NCBI GenBank assembly: GCA_963750165.1 | Contig: CAVVPN010000004.1 | Coordinates: 704,001-768,000, forward strand | Length of the DNA stretch: 64,000 nt | Origin: an uncultured Gemmataceae bacterium | GTDB lineage: Bacteria > Planctomycetota > Planctomycetia > Gemmatales > Gemmataceae | Direction of reading: 5' to 3' | In this document: piece by piece, positions 57,060-64,000 of the stretch | How positions within the stretch are numbered: the first letter of the stretch is position 1 | Layout of the letters: every line of letters starts with the position of its first letter | Position numbers and translations under genes: made by a program | Notes under the pieces: model-generated | What the model was told of the DNA's origin: nothing | Database searches by the model: none | What the model saw: only the letters and a program-made list of their open reading frames with translations

Positions 57060-58001
57060 ATGAGTATGACGAGCGAACAGGTCAGCTCCGCGAACGGGGT
57101 GAAGGCGGCACGGACCGTCTTCGTGTCCTCCCCCGCCCGAACGGACACGTCCGTTATCCGCCGGGTGCTGGAGGGGGAAGGCATCCGCGTGCTGGAGTCG
57201 GAACTGCTGGAACCGGGCCAGCTCATCCGCGAGTCACTGATCGAAGGGATACAGAAGGCCGACGCGGTGATCGCAGTGCTCGGCGACCGGAATGCGAACT
57301 CGCCCGTCTTCTATGAGTTGGGCATCGCGGATGCGATGGCAAAGCCCGTCCTGGTCGTCTCCGCGGATGCCCTCGACCCGGCCAATGACGTCGCCCTCTA
57401 CCCCTACATCCGCGCCCGTCACGACGACGAGGAAGCCCTGCGGTTCGGCCTCGTTCACTTCCTCCGCGCACCGCACCACGGCGTGAAGCCCGAGCGGGAT
57501 TACACAGCCGTGACGAAACCGATCGGGGCGGTGGTGGACGGCCTGCTCGCGCGGGTGCGGGCGGATGAGCGCATCATGCATGACGAACTGGTCAGCATCA
57601 TCGCCGTGGCGATCCAAGAAAGCGGCGTCGCTGCGCAGGCGGCCGTGTCCAGGCGGCCCGCCGGCGAGGAGATACCAGCCGACATCGCGGTGTGGTCGGA
57701 TGAGCTGACGTCGTTCGTCGGCAACCCGCTACCCATCGAGATCCGCTCGTCGTTGGTGACGCAGAGCGACACGGAGGCGGCGGCGCAGACCATCATGCGG
57801 GCGATGATCGGGGCGCGGGCCCGGTGGGGCCTGATCCTGTACCGGAAGGCGACGCCGGACGCACTCCACGCCCTGAACAAGTTCCCCGTGTTGGCGATGT
57901 CCATCGAGGACTTCCTGGAGGGGCTGCGGACGCGGTCCTTCGCCAGGATCGTCACCGACTTGCGGAACCGGACCGTGCACGGGGTGCGGTTCGATGGCTA
58001 A
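57060..58001 (+). CDS. Nucleoside-deoxyribosyltransferase/TIR-like domain fused to a C-terminal restriction-endonuclease-like domain
   Basis: TVFVSS, IQKADAVIAVL...NSPVFYELGIADAMAKPVLVV; C-terminal ADIAV...PLPIEIR...WGLILY. Confidence 0.7.
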   Translation: MSMTSEQVSSANGVKAARTVFVSSPARTDTSVIRRVLEGEGIRVLESELLEPGQLIRESLIEGIQKADAVIAVLGDRNANSPVFYELGIADAMAKPVLVVSADALDPANDVALYPYIRARHDDEEALRFGLVHFLRAPHHGVKPERDYTAVTKPIGAVVDGLLARVRADERIMHDELVSIIAVAIQESGVAAQAAVSRRPAGEEIPADIAVWSDELTSFVGNPLPIEIRSSLVTQSDTEAAAQTIMRAMIGARARWGLILYRKATPDALHALNKFPVLAMSIEDFLEGLRTRSFARIVTDLRNRTVHGVRFDG

Positions 58002-58643
58002 GGCGTGCAGAAGGAAATAATTCGTCCGATGTACATCTGCTCCGCCGGCGAAGTCCAGGTTGGGCGGGCGCTTTCTGGCCAAGTTGGACGAATTATTTTC
58101 TTCCGTTCGCCTAAGTTCTCGCAGAAGAAGATCAAGGACCATTTCGCCAAGTCCGACGCGGCAACCACGAAGGCGGAGAAAGGGAAGCACCTTGAAGATC
58201 TGGCCGTCTACCTGTTCGAGATGGTCCCGGGCATCAGCCTGTCCGCCCGGGACAAGAAGAATGCCTACGAAACCGAAGAGATCGACGTGGCGTTCTGGAA
58301 CGAGCAGCACGCCAAGGGTTTCAAGGCGCTGAACTTCCTCATCCTGGTCGAGTGCAAGAACTGGTCGTCGCCTGTCGGTAGTATGGAGGTGAACTGGTTC
58401 CTCACAAAGATCAGGAACCGATCCCTGGACTTCGGCATCCTCCTCGCGGCCAATGGGATCACCGGGAGTGACGAAGACAAGAAGCAGGCACATGACGTGA
58501 TCTCCAAAGCCCTCACGGACGGCGTTCGCATGATCCTGCTGACCCGCGCCGAGATCGAGGCGCTGACCGACGGCGACGAGTTGGTCAAAATGGTGAAGCG
58601 GAAACTCTGCGAGTTGGTCGTGTCGGGTACCGTCTGGTCGTGA
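57994..58643 (+). CDS. Mrr-like restriction endonuclease, interrupted at codon 2-3 by a MITE
   Basis: KGKHLEDL, EEIDV, LILVECKNW, GILLAANGITG. Removing the insert restores ATG GCT AAG TTC TCG (MAKFSQKKIK). Confidence 0.8.
58002..58111. mobile_element. 110-bp MITE with ~26-bp imperfect terminal inverted repeats and TAA target duplication
   Basis: Left end ggcgtgcagaaggaaataattcgtcc; right end reverse complement ggcgaacggaagaaaataattcgtcc; flanked by TAA (57999-58001 and 58112-58114). Confidence 0.85.
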
Positions 58644-58659
58644 CGTGTCGGGGGAGAAC

Positions 58660-58917
58660 ATGAAGACCCGTATTGTGGTGATCGGCAACTCGCAGGGCAT
58701 TCGCATCCCGAAGCCGCTGCTCGAACAGACGGGCCTGTCCGGGGAGGTCGAGATCAGCGCGGAGGACGGCACCCTGGTGATCCGGCCCGTCAAAAAGCCG
58801 CGGGCCGGCTGGGCGGTGGCCCTCCAGCAGATGGCACAGCGCGGCGACGACGCCCTGCTTGACGAAGCGCCGCCGGGTTTGACTGCCTGGGACGAGGGCG
58901 AGTGGGAATGGCGATAA
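58660..58917 (+). CDS. mazE: AbrB/MazE family antitoxin
   Basis: IGNSQGIRIPKPLL...LVIRP; overlaps the toxin start. Confidence 0.9.
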   Translation: MKTRIVVIGNSQGIRIPKPLLEQTGLSGEVEISAEDGTLVIRPVKKPRAGWAVALQQMAQRGDDALLDEAPPGLTAWDEGEWEWR

Positions 58918-59231
58918 ACCGTTTCGAGGTCTACCTGATCAACCTCGACCCGACGGTCGGCAGCGAGATCAAGAAGACGCGGCCCTGCCTGGTCGTTTCG
59001 CCGGACGAGATCAACCACAACATCCGCACGGTGATCGTGGCGCCGATGACGACCAGGGGACAACCTTACCCGACGCGGGTGCCCTGCCGGTTCAAGGGGA
59101 AGGACGGCCAAGTGGTGCTCGACCAGATCCGGGCGGTGGATCGGTTGCGGTTGGTCAAGAAACTGGGGAGGATTGACGCCAGGACGGCGACGGCGGTGCT
59201 CGATGTCCTTCAGGAGATGTTCGCGCCTTGA
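58908..59231 (+). CDS. mazF: PemK/MazF family toxin
   Basis: LDPTVGSEIKKTRPCLVVS, VIVAPMTT, DQIRAVD. Confidence 0.93.
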   Translation: MAINRFEVYLINLDPTVGSEIKKTRPCLVVSPDEINHNIRTVIVAPMTTRGQPYPTRVPCRFKGKDGQVVLDQIRAVDRLRLVKKLGRIDARTATAVLDVLQEMFAP

Positions 59232-59423
59232 GCGAGAGAACTATCCCGAATCAGCCGCAAATGCCTGTCCGGTGTAGCTGGTCAGGAATTTCTTGTTTCT
59301 TCGTTGCCCGGTCCTGTACCGTGGGGAGGTTCAGATCGTGGTCGCGGCAGATTCGTGGAGCGGGAAGAAGTAGGTTGTGATGTTTGCAGCGCGGACCTCG
59401 AATTTTCATTGCAAGGAGTTACC

Positions 59424-61553
59424 ATGTCGAAATCCTCTGCGGTCGTGAGCTTCGTTCAACACCTAGCTCTCGCCCTGGCAGTCGTGCTGCCGTTGACGGC
59501 GCCCCTGGCAAACGCGGGGGAAACGAAGCTGCGAACCAAGCTTCTGGATACGTTCGAACAGGGGCACGGCAGCGTAGACCCATTTCTGCCCTCCAGCGTC
59601 GCATCGTTGGCCTTGAGTCCTGACGGAACGCTGCTGGCGACTGGGGGCGGTGATAAGACCGTCAAGTTGTGGGACGTGGCCAGGCGGCGCGTCATCGCCA
59701 CCTTGCGTGGACACGCCGCACGGGTCCGCCTGGTGGCCTTTTCCGCCGATGGCAAGACGCTCTTTTCCGCAAGTAATGTCGAAGAAAAAATCCAAAAAAA
59801 AACAAGGCTGGTCGGAATGCTCAAGCTGTGGGACGTGGCAACCGGAAAAAACTTGGCCACGTTGGAATACCCTGATGGTCACGTATCTGGGCTTGCCGGC
59901 AGCCCTGACGGTACGCATTTCGCTGTCGCAACGGGAGGCACGATCGAAATCGTGGACTTTGCCACCCGCAAGCCAATCGCTTCTTTGGGCAAGAAAAAAG
60001 ACCTAAATGCCTTTAATGGCAGTGGTGGTCCAATCGCCTTCAGCTCGGACGGTAAGACCCTGGTCGCTGGTCCCTTTGGGCTCGGGAACAACGTCAAGGT
60101 ATGGGACGTGGCCGGCCGCGAGCTGAAGGCGGATCTCCGCATCGATAACGGTGGCGCAGAGTGGACACTTTCGCTGGCCCTGAGTCCGGACGGCAAGAGC
60201 GTGGTTGCGACGCGGCCTCTTTGCATCGAGGTCTGGGATGTGGCCACCGGCAAACAAAAGCAAAAAAAGGACTTCCATGACAAGAGAGAAGAGCGCGTGA
60301 GAGGCCTTTATGTCGGCGCCGTCCTCGCCAACGACGGCAAGACTCTGGTCGGTTTCAGCCGGCCCGTAGATCGCCCACGGAAGGTCATTTTCTGGGACGT
60401 GGCCAGCCAAAAAATAACCGCCGAGTTGGATGGTGACGTCGATATCTACACGGGTGTCGCTGTCAGCAGGGATGGCAAGACGATTGCAGGCGTGAATCAT
60501 TCGAACGACGAGATCAAGGGTGAAATCGTGCAGGTGTGGGACGTGGCCCGTGCAAAACGGACGGCCCGGATGGTCGGGCGCACGTGGTACGGGGCCAGGG
60601 GTTTGTTCTTTCGCCCGGATGGCAAGGTCCTGGTGTCCACGCACGACCCCTTCTCTTTTTTCTGGGAAGTGCCCACGGGCAAGAACTTGCTCAGCTTTCC
60701 CCCCGGCCTGACCGGCGTCGCCTTCGCTTCGGACAACAAGACCTTTTTCTGCTCCGCGGGCGGCCTGAGCCGGAGCAGCCATCTTGAGCTCCACGAGTTA
60801 GCCACCGGCGAAGAACTGCGGCTGGATGAGTACATCCTGAGCCACAAAGGCATGATCCAGTGCATGGCGTCAACCCACGACGGCAAAACCCTGGCCACCG
60901 GCTCGGATGACAAGACGATCCGCATCTGGGACGTGGCCGGGCTCAAGAAGAAGAAACGCCAAGGCGATGAGGTGCTCGCCGGGTTCAAGACGGTGCAGAT
61001 TCTCACAGGCCACGCTGACGAAGTCCGTTTTGTGACCTTCAGTAAAGATGGCAAGCGGCTGGCCTCGGCGAGCACAGCGGGAGATTTCAAGCTGTGGGAC
61101 GTCGCCTCGGGCAAGGAGCTGAGCACCCTCCTTCTGGTCGAGCCGGGGAAAGAGAAAGCGGATGTTGGGGTTGGAGAGGGACGAGGCTCTCCCGTGGCGA
61201 TCAGTCGTGACTTCAAGACCGTGGCTCTGGGTACGCGGACGGGTGAGGTCAAGTTGTGGGACGTGGGCAGCGGCAAGATCCTGGCCAAGCACCAGGTCCT
61301 CAAGGGCCAGGCCGTGACGGCGCTCGCCTTGAGTCCGGACGGCAAGACGCTGGCCACTGCCGGCGGCGACAGCACGATCCAGCTGTGGGACGTGGCCAGC
61401 GGCAAGAGCCTGGCTTCGCTCAAGGCGCACACGGCCGTCGTTCACTGCCTTGTGTGGAGCCCAACGGACCCCATCCTCGCTTCGGCCGGCGCCAATGCGG
61501 ATGCCACCATCAATCTCTGGGAAATCGTCCGTCCGGAAACAGCGGACAAGTGA
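59424..61553 (+). CDS. Secreted WD40-repeat (multi-propeller) protein
   Basis: AAGGAG RBS; signal peptide; >12 SPDGKTLA...LWDVA repeats. Confidence 0.9.
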   Translation: MSKSSAVVSFVQHLALALAVVLPLTAPLANAGETKLRTKLLDTFEQGHGSVDPFLPSSVASLALSPDGTLLATGGGDKTVKLWDVARRRVIATLRGHAARVRLVAFSADGKTLFSASNVEEKIQKKTRLVGMLKLWDVATGKNLATLEYPDGHVSGLAGSPDGTHFAVATGGTIEIVDFATRKPIASLGKKKDLNAFNGSGGPIAFSSDGKTLVAGPFGLGNNVKVWDVAGRELKADLRIDNGGAEWTLSLALSPDGKSVVATRPLCIEVWDVATGKQKQKKDFHDKREERVRGLYVGAVLANDGKTLVGFSRPVDRPRKVIFWDVASQKITAELDGDVDIYTGVAVSRDGKTIAGVNHSNDEIKGEIVQVWDVARAKRTARMVGRTWYGARGLFFRPDGKVLVSTHDPFSFFWEVPTGKNLLSFPPGLTGVAFASDNKTFFCSAGGLSRSSHLELHELATGEELRLDEYILSHKGMIQCMASTHDGKTLATGSDDKTIRIWDVAGLKKKKRQGDEVLAGFKTVQILTGHADEVRFVTFSKDGKRLASASTAGDFKLWDVASGKELSTLLLVEPGKEKADVGVGEGRGSPVAISRDFKTVALGTRTGEVKLWDVGSGKILAKHQVLKGQAVTALALSPDGKTLATAGGDSTIQLWDVASGKSLASLKAHTAVVHCLVWSPTDPILASAGANADATINLWEIVRPETADK

Positions 61554-61738
61554 ATCCGTCGAGCGGAACAATCTTCGTAGTCGTGTCTGAAACAAGTCAG
61601 CATCCATGCTGATAAACGGGACGCGGACCGTTTCGGCGCGGCAACCGCAACCAGGGCCGAACCGGGAAACAAAGGGGTCAGCGTAGATTATCGAGCTTTC
61701 CCCAAAGAGTGTTGAAGTCGAGGGTGAGGAGTGCAGAT

Positions 61739-61835
61739 TCCGAACCAACCGCTGCAGCAGACCCGCCCCCCCATTGAGGTGTTGGAGATGTTCAGGTCAC
61801 TCAGGGGGGCGGGCTGCTGAGCTATGGCGTTCGGC
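61739..61835 (+). other. Integron attC recombination site
   Basis: R'' TCCGAAC ... R' GTTCGGC; L'' GCT(G)CAGCAG pairs with L' CTGCTGAGC leaving an extrahelical G; further stem CCCGCCCCCC / GGGGGGCGGG with an unpaired A; 97 bp. Confidence 0.85.
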
Positions 61836-61952
61836 TACGCTATCAACGTGTGTCGAGATGCGAGTTGCTGGGTAGGAGAAAGGGCGCATTCAACAATTAA
61901 GAATCGGAAATGGTTAAGACTTCAGAAGTGCTCACACGAGGAGAATTCCGTC

Positions 61953-62159
61953 ATGACCTTCAAGACCGTGGAAGGCGTGCTTCATCCGGACGGCACGCTG
62001 GCCTTGCCGAAGGAGGAGTTACCGGACCATGCCGTGCGCGTCATGGTGACACTCCTGGAGGCGACCGATGACGTCGCACTGGCCGAGGTGGGCGATTACC
62101 ACGAGCAGCTCAGGGATTACGAAGAGCGATTGGCTCGGGGAGAAGTCCGGTGGCAGTGA
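61953..62159 (+). CDS. Putative antitoxin
   Basis: GAGGAG RBS; 68 aa; beta-rich N-terminus (VEGVLHPDG...VRVMVT) and acidic C-terminus; overlaps the toxin start. Confidence 0.7.
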   Translation: MTFKTVEGVLHPDGTLALPKEELPDHAVRVMVTLLEATDDVALAEVGDYHEQLRDYEERLARGEVRWQ

Positions 62160-62539
62160 AGCGCGGTGAAGTCTGGCAGGCGGATCTGTCGCCCACGCGC
62201 GGCACCGAACAATCGGGGGTCCGCCCCGTGCTGGTCGTGCAAACAGACCGGGCCAACCCGCACAGCCCCCACACCATCATCATTCCGTTCACGACACGCG
62301 TGCGAGTGAAACTTCTGCCCAGTCACGTCCTCGTCCCTGCCGGGGAAGGGGGTCTGACGCAGGACTCGGTGGCGCTGGCCGAGCAAATCCGGGTGGTTGA
62401 CCACGGCCGCCTCCTCAAGCACCTCGGCGATCTGTCGGCCACGCGGGTGCAGGAAGTGGACGACGCACTCCGCGATCCTCGACCTGTAAGAAAATCAAAG
62501 AGAAAGCAAAAAGAGATCAGGTTTAGTTTACTGAAGTGA
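62150..62539 (+). CDS. PemK/MazF family toxin (true stop probably TAA 62487-62489)
   Basis: RGEVWQADLSPTRGTEQSGVRPVLVVQ, EQIRVVD. Adding 2 nt in cgcg (~62472) gives the expected ...ALRAILDL* end. Confidence 0.88.
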   Translation: MAVKRGEVWQADLSPTRGTEQSGVRPVLVVQTDRANPHSPHTIIIPFTTRVRVKLLPSHVLVPAGEGGLTQDSVALAEQIRVVDHGRLLKHLGDLSATRVQEVDDALRDPRPVRKSKRKQKEIRFSLLK

Positions 62540-62607
62540 ATTGGGGATAAAAAAGGGAGAAAAAAGGGGACGAGCACGAATGGGGACGGAAAAAGGCGAC
62601 GGGCACG

Positions 62608-62640
62608 TTTGTTTGTCTCAATTGTCCAAATGTGCCCGTC
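62608..62640. repeat. Imperfect palindrome in a purine-rich intergenic tract
   Basis: gacgggcacgtttg ... caaatgtgcccgtc, preceded by repeated aaaaggg(g)ac words. Confidence 0.5.
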
Positions 62641-62698
62641 CCCCCCTTTTCCGCCCTTCGGAAGGGTTTGAGGAGGCGGGTAGGGCTTGCTTGGGCGT

Positions 62699-62727
62699 TT
62701 GACAGCCCTTCCCCTGGCCTGGACAAT
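62699..62727 (+). promoter_or_regulatory. Possible sigma70 promoter of the TA pair
   Basis: TTGACA, 17 nt, GACAAT, ~30 nt before ATG 62757. Confidence 0.4.
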
Positions 62728-62756
62728 TCAATGTCATCGCCCGGGGAGACCATCCG

Positions 62757-62969
62757 ATGACCCCTGCACACCGCGTCGAAACCGTCCTCTCGGAAGCCGG
62801 CAAGCTGTCGCTCGACCGGCTCCCCTTCCGGGCCGGCCAGGCGGTCGAGGTGATCGTCCTGCCAGCGCCGGCCCCGGCGCCTGCTAGCCAGCCGCTCCGC
62901 GGCACACTCCTCCGCTACGACCGGCCAACCGAGCCGGCCGCCGAGGCTGACTGGGACGCCCTCCGGTGA
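62757..62969 (+). CDS. Putative antitoxin (VapB-like partner)
   Basis: GGAG RBS; LPFRAGQAVEVIVL...LRYDRPTEP...DWDAL; GTGA overlap with the PIN gene. Confidence 0.7.
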   Translation: MTPAHRVETVLSEAGKLSLDRLPFRAGQAVEVIVLPAPAPAPASQPLRGTLLRYDRPTEPAAEADWDALR

Positions 62970-63050
62970 TCATCCTGGACACTCACATTTGGGTCTGGTG
63001 GGTGGACGGCGGTGCCCAGCTGCCCGCCGACTACGCCGCGCTGCTCCAGG
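62966..63050 (+). pseudogene. Truncated VapC/PIN toxin
   Basis: MIILDTHIWVWWV...LP is a typical PIN N-terminus; similarity is lost after ~28 codons. Confidence 0.7.
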
Positions 63051-63132
63051 CGCCTGCCGAATTCAGTTCGATGGCCAGAACCCGGCTCGTTATAATGACG
63101 TGTGGTGTCCTGGAGTTCACAGGGAGAAGGCC

Positions 63133-63342
63133 ATGTCGCTTGTCGAGGTTTTGCCGGAGGTCCAGTCGCTTTCGCGGCTCGACAAACTTCGCCTGATCCA
63201 GTTCCTTGCCCGGGAACTCGAACGGGACGACGGCGACCTGATCGAACCGGGCCGCTCCTATCCCGTCTGGTCGCCTGATCGCGCTTTCGCCGCCGCCGCC
63301 GCCCTCCTGCAAGCACTGGAGGAGGACAGAGGTAAATCATGA
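63133..63342 (+). CDS. Small hypothetical protein, partner of the retropepsin gene
   Basis: GGAGAAGG RBS; MSLVEVLPEVQSLSRLDKLRLIQFLAREL...YPVWSP; ATGA overlap with the next gene. Confidence 0.7.
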   Translation: MSLVEVLPEVQSLSRLDKLRLIQFLARELERDDGDLIEPGRSYPVWSPDRAFAAAAALLQALEEDRGKS

Positions 63343-63755
63343 GCGCCCAGCCTCAGCAATTCCCCTACGTCGTGCGCGATCCGTCGCTCGGGGCCGCAAG
63401 TCTCGCCCCCATGCTGCCGCTTACCTTGATCGGAAGCCAACAGGTTCCGACGGTTGGTCTCGTCGATAGCGGCGCAGCGGTCAACGTCCTGCCTTACTCG
63501 CTTGGTGTGCAGTTAGGATTCGACTGGGCTCAGGAAACGAAATCAGTAGAACTGTCCGGCAACCTGGCCTCGGTCGAGGCCCGCATTGTGGTCTTGTCGG
63601 CGGTAGTTGGGGGTTTTCCGCAGATACGTCTGGCCTTCGCCTGGGCTAAGACGGACGCCGTTTCCGTCATCCTGGGACAGGTCAATTTCTTCTCTGAATT
63701 CGACGTTTGTTTCTTCCGTTCCCGTAGTGTGTTCGAGGTGAAGCCCAGGCCGTGA
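63339..63755 (+). CDS. Retropepsin-like (clan AA) aspartyl protease
   Basis: GLVDSGAAVNVLP (D-S-G-A catalytic motif) and VILGQVNFF (ILG motif). Confidence 0.8.
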   Translation: MSAQPQQFPYVVRDPSLGAASLAPMLPLTLIGSQQVPTVGLVDSGAAVNVLPYSLGVQLGFDWAQETKSVELSGNLASVEARIVVLSAVVGGFPQIRLAFAWAKTDAVSVILGQVNFFSEFDVCFFRSRSVFEVKPRP

Positions 63756-63869
63756 GGTTGGTTCTGCCGCCGTTGCTATCAATCCTGACCACGGGATGCT
63801 CATCTGCGTGACCAGCTGCCGAAACCGTTGCACCCCGGCAGCGCGAACTGGAAACAAAGGTTTCCTGAC

Positions 63870-64000
63870 ATGGCCGAGCCACCCCCTCCTCCATCTGCAC
63901 ACGCCGAACCCTGGGGCCGCTGGTCCGGCGATGGCCTGACGTTCACCGTGGACCGCGCCAGCGACGGGCAGTCCTTCCTCCCCGTGCCGGCGGCCGACCA
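63870..64000 (+). CDS. Partial hypothetical CDS running off the window
   Basis: ATG 63870: MAEPPPPPSAHAEPWGRWSGDGLTFTVDRASDGQSFLPVPAAD, open to the end; GC-rich codon usage. Confidence 0.5.
   Translation, partial: MAEPPPPPSAHAEPWGRWSGDGLTFTVDRASDGQSFLPVPAAD

Noticed and set aside
1..64000. tRNA, rRNA, integrase or full transposase genes
   Set aside because: None recognised by eye; covariance-model and HMM searches were not possible.

Overview
High-GC bacterial DNA, very probably Planctomycetota (Gemmataceae-like). The markers are a DUF1559 prepilin-type gene, a DUF4058 gene, an 'RLEQLEDR' extracellular N-terminal motif, and a '[16 protein letters not shown]' WD40 protein. Positions 1-23178 (minus strand) are one giant (>7,700 aa, running off the left edge) repetitive all-beta secreted protein, split by two single-base indels in G-runs. 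About 23.6-45.7 kb holds lineage-typical and housekeeping genes: WD40, DUF1559, cimA, a lipoprotein, Uma2, valS, a PPC-domain protein, a secreted amidinotransferase/PAD-fold enzyme, DUF4062-HEAT, Gfo/Idh/MocA, a response regulator, rlmI, dtd, and two APC permeases with large soluble inserts. About 46.7-57 kb carries a membrane protein, a 1219-aa divergent tubulin/FtsZ-like (Tubulin_2/FtsZl1) protein and a Zn-ribbon/beta-rich/Hsp70-actin-fold protein. These look like parts of one system interrupted by insertions. About 57-64 kb is a defence/TA-rich island: an NDT/TIR-like+REase gene, an Mrr-like REase hit by a 110-bp MITE, two MazF/PemK modules, a truncated VapC, a retropepsin pair, and one clear integron attC site. 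Several REP-like palindromes occur between genes. Repeated one-base losses in G/C homopolymers point to long-read assembly error rather than real pseudogenes. All family assignments come from motif recognition by eye; no searches were run.
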